From: Hemiscyllium ocellatum
Lineage: Eukaryota
Assembly (NCBI RefSeq): GCF_020745735.1
Contig: NC_083409.1
Span: forward strand, 12,343,423-12,397,036
Length of the DNA: 53,614 bases
Direction of reading: 5' to 3'
In this document: in pieces, positions 21,160-33,059 of the stretch
How positions within the stretch are numbered: position 1 is the stretch's first letter
Layout of the letters: every line of letters starts with the position of its first letter
Translations under genes and position numbers: made by a program
The notes under the pieces: model-generated
Seen by the model: only the letters and a program-made list of their open reading frames with translations
Told to the model about the DNA's origin: nothing
Databases searched by the model: none

Positions 21160-23620
21160 ACACAATCACAGAACTGTTACAGTGCACAAGGAGGCCATTC
21201 TGCCCACCCTGTCTGTACTGGTTCTCTGAATGAGCAATTCACTGAGTGTCATCCTCCTACCTTCTCCCTGTCACCCTGCACATTGTTCCTTTTCAAATAA
21301 CAGTCTCATTCCCTTCAGAATGTTTCAATTGAAGCTGCCTCCACCACACTCTCAGGCAGTGCATTCCACACCTTAACCACCCACTGGCTGAAAATGTTTT
21401 TCCTCATCTTACGTTTGATTCTCTCACTAATTACTTTAAATCTGTGCCCTCTCCTTCTCAATCCTTTCATGAGTGGGAACATTTTTCCCTATTTACTCTG
21501 TCCAGACACCTCCTGATTTTGAATTCCTCAAACAAATTTCCTCTCAGCCTTCACTTCTCCAAGGAGGACAGTCCAAACTTCTCCAAAATTTGTTCATAAC
21601 CGACTTTCCTCTCCCTGAACCTTCCACGGGAACTTTTGCACTCCATATGCAAAATATTCATAACCTTCATGAATTATTCCCCTTATCTATTCCCGTAGTC
21701 CCATTTGCTTGCATTTAGCTAATTTCCCCCATACTGTTCCTGTCCATGTACCTGTTCAAATGTCTTTTAAATGTTGTTATCATACTCACCTCTACGACTT
21801 CCTCTGGCAGCTCATTCAATACACGCACCACCCTCTGTGTGAACGAGATGCACCTCAAGTCCCTTTTGAATCTTTGTCCTCTTGCTTTAAACCTCTGCTG
21901 TTTAGTTTTGGTCTCCCTTACCCTGGGGAATAAACCTTAGCTACTAATCTTATCTATGCCCATTATCATTTTATAAACCTCTAAAATGTCACCCAGCAGC
22001 CTCTGACCTTCCAAGGAAAATAGCGCAGGCCTAACCAGCCTCTCCTTATAACTCAAACCCTCCAGTCTCGGTGACATCCTTGTCATCCTTTTTACACCCT
22101 TTCCAGTTTCATGACATCCTTCCAATAGCAGGGTGAATGGAAATGTGGCCTGACCAATCCCTTGGAGAGTCGTAACAACTCCTGCACGTAATGCTCTGAC
22201 CGATAGAAGCAATTGCACCAAATGCTTTCTTCACCACCCTGTCTACACGTGACACCATTTTCAATCCTCTATGTCCCTCCACCCCTTGGTCTCCCTGTTT
22301 GACAACACTCCCCATGGCCCCACAATTAACTGTGTTAGCCCTGGCCTGGTTTGTGTACCAAAATGCAACACCTCGCTATTATCTCAATGCATCATGTAAA
22401 TGTACTCTCAAATAGCCTTCTTCTCTGTCCATGAAACCACCAATGTTAGTATCATCTGCAAATTCACAAACCATGCCTCCTATATTCTCATTCAATTTGT
22501 TTCTATAAATGATGAACAATGATGAACCCAGAACCAATCCTTTTGCCACACCGCTGGTCACAGGCTTCCAGTCTGAACTACCATCTTCTACCACCACTCC
22601 CTGTCTCCAACCATTATGCCAATTTTGTAACAGTTAGCTTGCCCTCCCTGGATCCAACGTGAACTAACTTACTAACCAGTTTTCCATGCAGTTTCTTGTC
22701 AAACATCTTGCTAAAGTTCATGTAGGCAATGTCTACCACTTTGCCCTCAGCTATCTTCTTGGTCATGCCTTCAAAAACTCAATCAAATTTGTGAGAGATG
22801 ATTTCCCACTTACAAAGCCTTGTAGACTATCCTTAATCAATCCTTGTCTTTCCAATGCATTTAAATCCTGTCTCTCAAAATCCCCTCCAGCAACTTATTC
22901 ACCACTGATATCAGACTCACCAGTCTATAATTCCCTGGGTATTCCTTGCAGACCTTCTTAAATAACAGCACGACAGTCGCCATGCTCCAGTCTTCCAGCA
23001 CATCACCTGTGGCTGTTGATGATATAAAAATCTCACGAAGGGGCATCACTGCCTCTTCCCAAGCTTCCCACAAAGTACTGGGATAGACCTGATCAGGTCC
23101 TGGGGATTTATCCACCTTTATGAGTTTAAAGAACAGATTCTTCTGTAATATGGACTCTTCACAAGACATCAACATTTATTTCCCGAATTTTCTTCATTTC
23201 CATGTCCTTCTCAACCGTAAATACTGCGGCAAAATATTAGATTGGTAACTCATTCATATTTGGTTTTAAAATAAAATATGAAAAATTCTAAGAGTGAGAC
23301 ATTTGGAGGTGATCCATAGGATATGATCCATGGTCATAACTTTACTCTGGATTGCCCTTTGTACTTTTCCACTGTCTCCCTAAACCATGTGATACAATGA
23401 TCACTCTTCCCTAAATGTCCTCTCACTGACATTTTATCTACTTGGGCCTCCTCATTCCCAAGATCCAGTTCTGGCAGAGCTTCCTTTCTGATTGGAATGG
23501 GAACACACGGCTGGAGAAAATTCACCTGAGCACACTCTCACAACGTTGGCCCCTCTCTGCCCTTCACACTGCTCCTATTTCATTCTATATTCTGATAATT
23601 AAAGTTACCCAAACGTGTGC
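21160..23620 (-). mobile_element. Antisense CR1 LINE fragments (3' tails, RT, APE)
   Basis: WKPVTSGVAKGLVLG, EFADDT, DKSPGPDQVYP, YPGNYRLVSL and GHLGKSDH motifs on the minus strand. Confidence 0.85.
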
Positions 23621-23699
23621 TATGAATTTCCTGCAGGTTTGTTCCCCGACATCCTTCCCACCTTTTTGTTCCTTATCTCGAACCAAATCGATTCTGTCC

Positions 23700-25060
23700 T
23701 TGACCTCTCTGGGACATCCTCTTTCTCTAGCTCTGCACTGATCTCCTTAACCAATCCCACACCTCCCATCTTCCTCCTCTTTTCCTATCTTTAGTGAACA
23801 CCTTGTATTCAGGAATATTTATCACCCAGTCCTGTCTTCATCTGTAAGAGCAACAACACCAGATTTCCACTTGGTAATATGCGTCTCTAACTCCCCAATC
23901 TTATTCCCCATACTCCACGCAGGCCCATACATGCACACAGTCAGTTGGATTTAGAAATTATTACTCTCTCCCTCACTGTGACCCGGCCAAATAAGTTACC
24001 ATTCCTTACTTTGGAGTATCTGTCTGTTCCATGATTCTGTTTTTCTTCGTGTTCCTCCCTGATATTTCCTCCTGGTTTCCACAGCCCCCCTCCCATGTTC
24101 ATTTAAAACCTCTCCAACAGCACCAGCAAATCACCCCACAAGGAGCTCAGTTCCTGCTCTGTTCAGGAGCAAGCCATCTGGTCTATAGAGGTCACATCTC
24201 CCACAAAGTCATTCCCAATGTCCCAAGAATCTCAAGCACTCCCTCCTGGACCACCTTTCCAGCCTCAGATATACCCTGTTCTATTCTCCAGTTCCTATCC
24301 TCACTTGCATTGGTCACTGGGAGTAATCCAGAGACTCACAATTTTGAGTTCATGTTGCTAATTGCCTCCAGAGCTCCCTAAATTCTGACTGCAGGACCAC
24401 ATCCTCTTTCTCCCTCAGTCACTGGGAGCACGACTGCTGCCTGTTCCCCCTCGCCCCTCAGGGTGCTCTGCAGTCGCTCAGTGCCATCCTTAACCCTGAC
24501 ACCAGGGAGAAAGCACACCATCCTGGATTCCCATCTGCAGCTGCAGAAACACCTATTGATTGCCCTCACTTTCAAATCTCCTCTCACTATCGCTCTTCCA
24601 GTCTTCCTTGTGCCGCCCTGTACAGCTGAGCCCCCCAGAGTGCCATGGACCTGGCTCTGGCTGCACTCCCCAGATGAACCATCATTCTCAACAGGATTCT
24701 GAACTGAATCATGGTTGGAGAGTGGGATGCACTCAAGGGATTCCTGTACTAGCTGCCTGGTCCTTTTGGACTGTCTGCTGCTCCCCCATTCCCTCTCTCC
24801 CTGCATACTCTGAAGCTGCAGAGTGACCACATCTAGAAACGTGCTCTCCACGGAGCTCTCAGCCTCACGGACGCTCTGCACTGACACCAGCTGCTGCTCA
24901 AGCTCCAAAACCCAGAGCTCCAACTGCTGTCACTGATCACATTACCTGCACTCATGGTATTCCAGGAGCTGGGAACCACCCTGAAGTTCCCACATGGAAC
25001 AGGGTGCAGACTCTCACCACTCCCTGGTTATCGATTGATAAATTTCTGATGTCAAACAGC
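23700..25060 (-). mobile_element. CR1 ORF1 (SGNH esterase-like) region, antisense; open frame 24378-24923
   Basis: ELWVLELEQQL...RAIVRGD...SRMVCFLPGVRVKD resembles vertebrate CR1 ORF1. Confidence 0.8.
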
Positions 25061-25124
25061 TCCAGCAGGGCTCAAATCCAGGCCTTTCAGTGTTCCAGGG
25101 TTTTGCAGAGTCTGTCCAAAAGAC

Positions 25125-28100
25125 AATATGATAACAGAAAAGAATCAGGCCATTCGCCCCATCAAGTCTGCTGTGCCATTTGGTCGTGGCTGATGTGTTT
25201 CTCACGACCATTCTCCTGCCTTCTTCCCATTATGTTTGATCACCTTCCCAATCAGGAACCTAGCAATGTCCATCCGAAACACACTCAATGCCTTTACCTC
25301 CACAGTATGACTTCCGCAGATTAACCACCCTCTAGCAGAAAAAATTCCTGCACATCTCAGTCCTGATGGATTATCCCTAAATTCTGTGGCTGTGCCCTCT
25401 GGTCCATATTTCTCTTACTGGTGGAAACATCTCATCCATGTCCACTCTATCCAGGCCTCTCAGTATTCTGTAAGTTTCAATGTGATCTCCCCATGTCCTT
25501 CTGAACTCCATCAAGTACACATCCAGAGTCCTCAATCTCTCCTCATCAGACCAGGCTGTCACCCCCAGGGTCATTCTTATAAATCTTCTCTGGATCTCCT
25601 CTAATACAAGCACATCCCTCCTTAGATACAGGTCCCAAAACTTCACAATATTCCAAATGCAATCTGGCCAGAGTCTCATACAGCCTCAGCAGTACACACC
25701 TGCTCTTGTGTCTAACTCAGGTGAAATGAATGCTAACATTGCATTTGTCTTCCTAATTACCAACTGAACCTACATCTTAACCTTAAGTGAAATCTGAAAG
25801 AGGGCTCCTAAGTCCATTTGTGCTTCAGAATTCCAAATTTCTCCGTTTGGAAAACAGTTTGAGATTCTATTCTTCCAACCTAAGGGCATAACCTCATACT
25901 TTCTCACTTTGTATTCAATCAGCCACTCCTTTGCCCACTCTCTGAGCCTTTCCAAGTCCTTCTGCAGCCTCCATGCTTCCTCAACTCTCCCTGTCCCTCC
26001 CCTCATTTTTGTGTCATCAGCAAATTTAGGAACAATGCCCTCAGTCCCTTTTCCCAGATTGTTAATATATAATTAATTGTTACATGAATAGCTGAAGTCC
26101 CAATACTGACCCCTGTTGAACTGCAGGAGGCCCCAGCTGCCATCCTGAAAAAGACCCATTTATTTCCACACTCTATCCATGTCAGTACCGGACCCCAAAC
26201 CCCATGGGCTCTTATGTTATTTAGCAGCCTCCTGTGTGGCAACTTGTCAAAGGCCTTCTGGAAACCCAAATAGTTCATGTCCATTGGCTCTCCTTTGTTT
26301 AACTTGCTCATTAACTCCTCTTATTACATAGAATTCCAGCTTCTCCCTCCCAAACTGCAGGGTGAATTCGATCACATTATGATCACTGCCCCCTCAGGGT
26401 TCACTCACCTTCAGCTCCCCCATCAGGGCTGCCTCATTACACATCACCGAATCCGGAATTACCTGTTTCCTAGTGGCTCTACCACAAACTGATCCAAAAA
26501 AAAGCCTCTTGCAGACATTCCATGAATTCCTTTCCTCGAGATCCATTCCCAACCTGACTTTCCCAGTCCACCTGCATATTGCAGTTCCCATGATTATTGT
26601 AATAATCCCTTTCTTATATGCCTTTTCTATATCCTGATTTATTTTCTGCCCCACATCCCGACTACTGAGAGGAGACTTGTACATAATTCCCATCAGGCCC
26701 TTTGCTATTTTGTGGGTCCTTAAGTTGACTCACACAGATTCTATGCTTTCCAACTCCATATTTCCTTTTGCTGTCGATGTAATTTCAGTTCTTCCTGACA
26801 GGGTAAACCTGCTCCTCCCACACACACCCCCACCACACTCACACATCTACCTATCATTAGAAACATAGAAACATAGAAAATAGCTGCAGGAATAGACCAC
26901 TCCACCCTTTGAGTCTGCACCACCGTTCAATATGTTCATGGCGGACTACGTAGCCTCATTATCCCATTCCCACTCCACCCCCATATCCCTTGATTCCACA
27001 GGTTCACAACACCTGAATAACTTAACCCTTAATCTTCGATTGTGACCCGTGGTTTTGGACTTTCCTAATATCAAGAACATTCTTCCAGCATCAAGCCTGT
27101 CAAATCCCATCGGGATTTTATATGTTTCTGTGAGATTCCTCTCATTCTTCTAAATCCCAGTGAGTACAAGCCCAGTCGATCCAGTCTTTCCTCATATGTC
27201 AGTCCTGCCATCCCGGGAATCAGTCTGGTGAACCTTCGCTGGATTCCCTCAATTGCAAGAATGTCCTTCCTCAGACTCGGAGACCAAACCTGCACACAAT
27301 ACTCAAGCTGAGGCCTCACCAAAGCCCTGTTTAATTCTGCAAGACATCCTTACTCCAATACACAAATCCTCACACTGTGAAGGCCAACATGCCATTAGCT
27401 TTCCTCACTGCCTGCTGCACCTGCATGCCCCTTTTCAGTGACTGTTCCACTATGACACCCAGCTCTCATTTCATCTCACCTTTTCCTAAACTTTCACCAT
27501 TCATTCATAATCTGACTTCCTGTTTTACCACCAAAGTGGATAATCTCACATTTACCCACATCATATTGCATTTGCTAAGTATTTGTCCACTCAGCCAGCC
27601 TGTCCAAGTCACGCTGCAGCCTCTTAGCATCCTCCTCACGAATACATTGTCACCCAGCTTCATGTCATCTGCAAGTTTCTAGGGATTGCATTAAATTCCT
27701 TTGTCCAAATCATTTATGTATATTGCGAACAGCTGGGGTCCCAGCACTGAACCCTGCGGTACCCCACTCATCACTGCCTGCCACTCTGAGAAGGACCCAT
27801 TTATTCCAACTCTCTGCTTTCTGTCCGCCAATGAGTTCTATCTTAATGTCAATACATTACCTCTGATATCATGAGGTTTAATTTAACTTACTAATCTCTT
27901 GCGTGGGACCTTGTCAAAAGCTTTTTGAAAGTCCAGACACACAACATCCACTGGGTCCTGAGGGAGGGTCACTCAATCTGGAACGCTAACTTCGATTGCT
28001 TTCCACAGATGCTGCCAGACCTGCTGAATATTTCATCATTATTTGTTTTTGTTGTCCATTGATCCAATCTCCAATGATCACATCCTCAAAAACTTCCAGA

Positions 28101-28660
28101 AGATGTGTCAGGCCAGATTTCCCTTTAGTAAATCCATGTTGAATTGCAGCAATCCTGTCACTGCTTTCCAAATACTCGGTTATTGTATCTTTAATAACTG
28201 ACTCCAGCGTTTTCCTCAGGTATCATTCTTCATTTTCACTCTCCCTCCTTTTATTAAAAAGTGAGGTTATATTGGATACTGTCCAGTCCAGTCCATTGGA
28301 ACTCTGTCAGAGTCGACAGAATGTTGGAAAATGATCAACAATGTGTCCACTATTCATACACCAACTTTCTTAAATACTCTGCTGAGTTGCTGGCCCCTGG
28401 GGACTTACAAGTTTTGATACCATCAGTCTCCCCAAGACCATTTCCTGACTAACAAGGATTACCTTCAGTTCCTCCTTCACACTTGACCCTCTATCCCCTT
28501 GCATTTCCTTTCAATAGGATGTGCATCCTTGGATGTTTAGTTCCCAGCCCTGATTCACTTGCAGCCATGTCCCTGCGCTACAGGCTCATTTACCTTGTTT
28601 CATATACTCAATGCATCTAAGTACAACACCCTCAGTCGTGCATTGACTGCCTCCTTCTCA
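25125..28660 (-). mobile_element. Two further antisense CR1 ORF2 elements (about 25125-26800 and 26855-28660)
   Basis: LGFQKAFDKLPHRRLL, VRPQLEYCVQVWSP, QHGFTKGKSGLTHLL motifs and CR1 3' tails. Confidence 0.85.
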
Positions 28661-28674
28661 TAGTTATCTCCTTT

Positions 28675-28920
28675 AGAAATCATGGACTCCCTACAGTGTG
28701 GAAGCAGGCCATTCAGCCCAGACTGACCCTCCAAAAAGTATCCCACCAACCCTACAATTGCCATGGATAATCCTCCTAACCTACACATATTTCTGGCAAT
28801 GGGAAGAAACCCAAGTGGACACGGGGAGAATGTAAACTCCACACAGACAGTCAGTTGGAATTGAGTCTGTGTCTCCGGAGCTGTGAGACAGCAGTGCTAA
28901 CCACTGATCCACCATTCCAC
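28675..28920 (-). mobile_element. HE1-like V-SINE, internally deleted
   Basis: acagtgtggaagcaggccattcagccc tail and gcagtgctaaccactg head. Confidence 0.8.
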
Positions 28921-29324
28921 CCTGTGGGGCCTCAAGTTCAATTCCTCATCCTTTCCATACTCTCTATCCTAGTACTTGATCGGGGTGCTTTAATAAAGTG
29001 TCCTGAGCCCCTACCTTCTTTAATTAGTTTAAATTCCTCGAAAGTTTGATTTATCTTGGTTTGTGTGGTACCACTTTGTCTACATTATTCCGAATCGGTC
29101 ATGCATTAAGAGACAAAGCCTTTAAGTTTGTTCTGGTATTGAGCTTCCCTGCACTTTTAAGTTTCCTCAGTACAATATGACATTCACAATACTCTGTCCC
29201 TTTCCTTTTATTTTCTGGTAACAATGAATCCCATCACTACCCAGTAATCCTCCCTTCTCCTTTAACTTTCATTTTCTCATTTTCCATCCAACTGTTCCAG
29301 TTACTTTCTCCTTGAATCATATTC

Positions 29325-29490
29325 AGGCTGATATTTATCCCTGAACAAACGTCACTCAAAATGTTCCTTGGTTCATTGTTGCTTGTGGGATCTTGCTGTG
29401 CACAATCCAGCTTCCACATTTCCTGCATTACAACAGTGACCATATTTCAAACAAGTCCCACACTGTCTGCAAATGTCTTGGGGACAGCAT
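29325..29490 (+). mobile_element. Deu-domain SINE relic (SacSINE1/AmnSINE1-like)
   Basis: atatttatccctgaacaaacgtcactc...tgtgggatcttgctgtgcac...tttcctgcattacaacagtgac resembles the recalled Deu-domain consensus. Confidence 0.65.
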
Positions 29491-30262
29491 GAATCTTTCT
29501 TTTCTTTGGATGAACTGGGAGTCTTTCAGATGTGAAAGATTCCATTCCAATGTTGCACAGTCCTCCTCCTGAACTACAGTTCCTGCTTTGTCCCTCTCTT
29601 TTGTGAAAACAGACCGAATGTTTTCATGAGGAACCATTGCTCCATCTCCCACCCCAACCACAAGTTCCCTTCCTGCTCTCGAATGGGCCTCATACATTCC
29701 TTCATTCACTTTTCTTTCTGTGATTATAAACATCACTGGGATTTCACTGACTTCATTTGGACACATTTCATCCTGTCAGCTCTTTGCTTTCCTCAGGTCC
29801 GAGTAAATTTCAACCCTGCATTTTGTCTTTCAGCCACTTTTACCCAATCCCTGCCCAGTTCAGTAAAATGGTTTGTTCCCAAATGAAAACTTTTACACTT
29901 GCTCCATGGTTCTCCATTTCTGTCCCTACTCTCAATCTCATTTAGTTCTGATCACTGTCACTGAGATGCTCCCTCATTGATAGCCCTTCCAGCTGCCCAC
30001 ATTCATTCCCTAAAAAATGATCCAAAACTGCCCCATCTTTTTCACCATCACCCTCTCAGGGGCAATTAGGGATGGGCAATAAATGCTGGCCGTGCCAGTG
30101 ACACTCACATCCCAAGAAGCAATTTTAAAAGGCCCTGTCCTTTTATGGGGTTTGTTAGGTACTGAATACAAATGTTCAAATGGATTGTTTTGCCGGTGCA
30201 TGTTCAGAGAGGAGAGTTCCCTTCGAATGACAGGGATTAAAATTGTTTCTCTTGCCTTTCAG

Positions 30263-30591
30263 GCCATGACAACTCTCAGCCAAAGCTGACCCTGCTGCCC
30301 CCTTCCCCGGAGCAGGTCAATGCCAAGGGCACTGCCACCCTGGTGTGCCTTGCTAATCACTTCTATCCCGATGAGCTGGAGGTGCAGTGGAAGAAGGACG
30401 GTGCAGTCATTTCGGACGGGGTTCAGACCAGCAACTACCTGCGAGCTTCGGACAGCACCTACAGTGTCAGCAGCCTGCTGACCCTCTCTGGGTCTGACTG
30501 GGAGTCCAACGCTCGCTTCTCCTGTGCCCTCACCCACGTGACCCTCCCCTCTCCCCTCAGCAAGAGCATCAGGAGATCAGAATGTGTGTAG
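30263..30591 (+). CDS. IGKC: Ig kappa constant exon C1 (S)HDNSQPKLTLLPPSPEQV...ATLVCLANHFYP...VQWKK...FSCALTH...SECV*
   Basis: Acceptor cttgcctttcag|GC; phase matches the VJ donor; C1-set Cys/Trp/Cys and terminal Cys intact; spliced ORF 711 nt = 236 aa. Confidence 0.97.
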
Positions 30592-31118
30592 AGTGTTGGA
30601 GACAGTCCACAGAGGAGACACAACTTTAAATAGAACAGGGCTGAGCTGGCAGGACAAAGGTCATTGCCAGCACTGAATTTCAACTCTCTTCCTTCTCAGG
30701 ACTGGCTTGGTGACACTTCTGAGGTTCAAGGATTAAGGCAGGTCATAGGGATCATCAAAAGGAAGCTTTAACTCTGTATCAAACCCCATGCTGACCCTGT
30801 TCTGGGAGTGTTTTATGGGGACAGTGATGACTTGTGATGCCAAGTAAAACTTCTCGAAGATGCTGAAAACTGTCAGTTGTACAAAACAATGTGAACCTCT
30901 AAAATCTCTGCTTCAGTAAACCAGATCTCCTTCCTGCTCGGCCGTCAGTTCGAATTTAAGCTTCTGTCACTACTGAAAGGGACAGGATTCTCAGGTTATT
31001 GAGAAAATCTCCACAAGTGTTTTCCTCAAACTCCATTGTAGATGTGAATTTGTGCAGCTTCCTCTGTCTAGACTGTCAATTGCAGTCTGTTTTCTGTCAA
31101 GGTCAATCTGGAAAAGGA

Positions 31119-31124
31119 AATAAA
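31119..31124 (+). terminator. Candidate distal polyadenylation signal for C1 (counterpart at 39356-39361)
   Basis: AATAAA present at the homologous position in both duplicates. Confidence 0.4.
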
Positions 31125-32262
31125 GATCAAGAAGATTTAGTCTCTTTCTCGTGTGTGCTTTGGAAATGGCCAGAGCTACTGGGAATCCTATATTGATGAA
31201 TATGACCAGCAGCATCTTGTTACTCAGAATAACAATTTCACAGGTTTTGGGAAATAAATATGCCTTAAATTAGACTTGGGTTTTCTTTCCTCTGAAAGTG
31301 CGGTGGAATGGGCCGTGTGTCTCTGGAGTCAGATTGAGAATATTAAATCTGGAGAGTCTGGGAGTCACGGCTGGGGAGGGCAGTCAATGACAAACTGGTT
31401 CCACTTTCTGCTGTCATATTCTGTAACTCCTGGGCCATCTCAGTGAGAGTCATCCAGGGCTCAGGGTGGATTCTAGAGCAGATCATTGACCTGACTGTTG
31501 TGTTCTTCAGTCCACATGTGACTCCAATAATCTCAGTCTAGGGCTTTAGTATCAGTGGGAACCAATGGGGCTGAAACCTTATCCAAACAGACCCTCACAC
31601 AGCGGGGAGGCTGCTGGTGGCTCATAAACCCCTTGGATTCAGTCACAGATTCCACCGTGGCTCTTTCATTCAAACACCACATTAACAGGACAATCCTGAG
31701 ATGGGGCAAGTTTGGTTCTTGATTCCAATGTGAGGAAATGGGGGCTGGGTGTGAAATGTCCAGTCTGAAACCGGTGGGGGTACTTTACAATGAAGAATAG
31801 AAACAGGTGTTGATGGAAGTGAGGAATATCTCAGTGATCTGTCTCCAGAATCTACAGACTACACACATCCTTCTGTCAGACCCTGAAGGCAGAGAAACTA
31901 TATTTCTCTATCTGTCCCAGAAAAGGTGAAGTATTCTCTGCCTCAGTGATTCCATGGGACAGGACATTTTAAAAAAGGCTGTGGGAAGGAAAATTTTGCC
32001 TCTCAATGACAAAGCCAATGGAAGGATGTGGAGCTGTCACTGTGAAATGTTATTGCATAGAGGATGACACCAGAAGCAATTCAATGTTGTCACTGTCTCC
32101 TTTGCAGTTGCTAAACTGGTAACAATTACTTTTTGCTCACAATTTGCTCTCTCGAATTTGATCCACTTGCCTTTCTTGCTTTGCTTTTTTTGACTTCAGT
32201 CTGTGGGTAAATTCCATCAAAACCCAATCTCCTCACACACATCCAGGCCCCTGAAGAGATTA

Positions 32263-32662
32263 GAGGCAAAAAAAACTGCAAATGCTTGAATTCAAGGTTG
32301 ACAAACAGGAGGCTGGGAGAACACATCAAGCCAGGCAGCATCAGGGGTGGAGATGTCAACGTTTTGGGTGTTACCCATGTTCAGGAGGTGGGGTGGGTGG
32401 GTGTTGGGGGAGCTGCGGATAAAGGGAATGGCTGGGGCAGGGTGGTTAGGTGGGGATAGGTGGAGACAGGTAGAGGGTAGGATCTGGTTGGTCGAAGGGA
32501 GGGATGATCCTGGATTCATCTCCCCCATCGACCAATCAGGTCATACTCTCTATCTTTCTCAACCTATCCCCACTTCACCACCTCGCTCCAACCCACCCCT
32601 TTATCTGCAACTCCCCTGACACCTACTCCCCTTCCTGAAGAAGGGTTACACCGAAACGTCGA
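32263..32662. mobile_element. Penelope-like inverted pLTR insertion with hammerhead-like motifs
   Basis: 15-bp TSD cccctgaagagatta at 32248-32262 and 32663-32677; diverged inverted arms meeting near 32512; CTGAAGA-A-GGGTTACACC-GAAA-CGTC at 32635-32660. Confidence 0.85.
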
Positions 32663-33059
32663 CCCCTGAAGAGATTATTTCATTGAATCAAATCATTGAG
32701 TGCATCAATCCTGAAAACAGATTCCAGCATTGAAGTCACATTTCCTGTTTGCAAATGTAAAGTCTCTTTCAGGCTGAAAGAAGGAAACTTTCTATTGAGA
32801 AATGAGTGAGTTTAACCCAGATCCTGAACAGCAGCACAACAGAATGGAGTGATATAAATCAGAAACAGTATAACTACAGGGCAGCCTATATACTGCAGCT
32901 CGCACTGAGAGCAGCCAGCACAGAGGGGAATGCTGGGAAGTTTGGTCAGTGTGGTAGTTTGGTTAACTCAGAGAAGGAGTCTACTTTTGCTTTTCTAAAC
33001 TGATTTGGAACTGTCACTTCAGCTGCTGGGTAACAGTCCTTGGATCAGTACATGGATGA

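Larger units (their letters stand above)
29755..31175 (+). repeat. Duplicated segment around C exon 1, paralogous to 37808-39410
   Basis: Shared catttcatcctgtcagctctttgc start, CR1 APE relic, SINE tail, C exon and about 580 nt of 3' flank. Confidence 0.9.

Noticed and set aside
30343-30591. ORF-track starts at MCLANH for both C exons
   Set aside because: The start is a GTG Val codon inside the exon; the exons begin at acceptors 30263 and 38502
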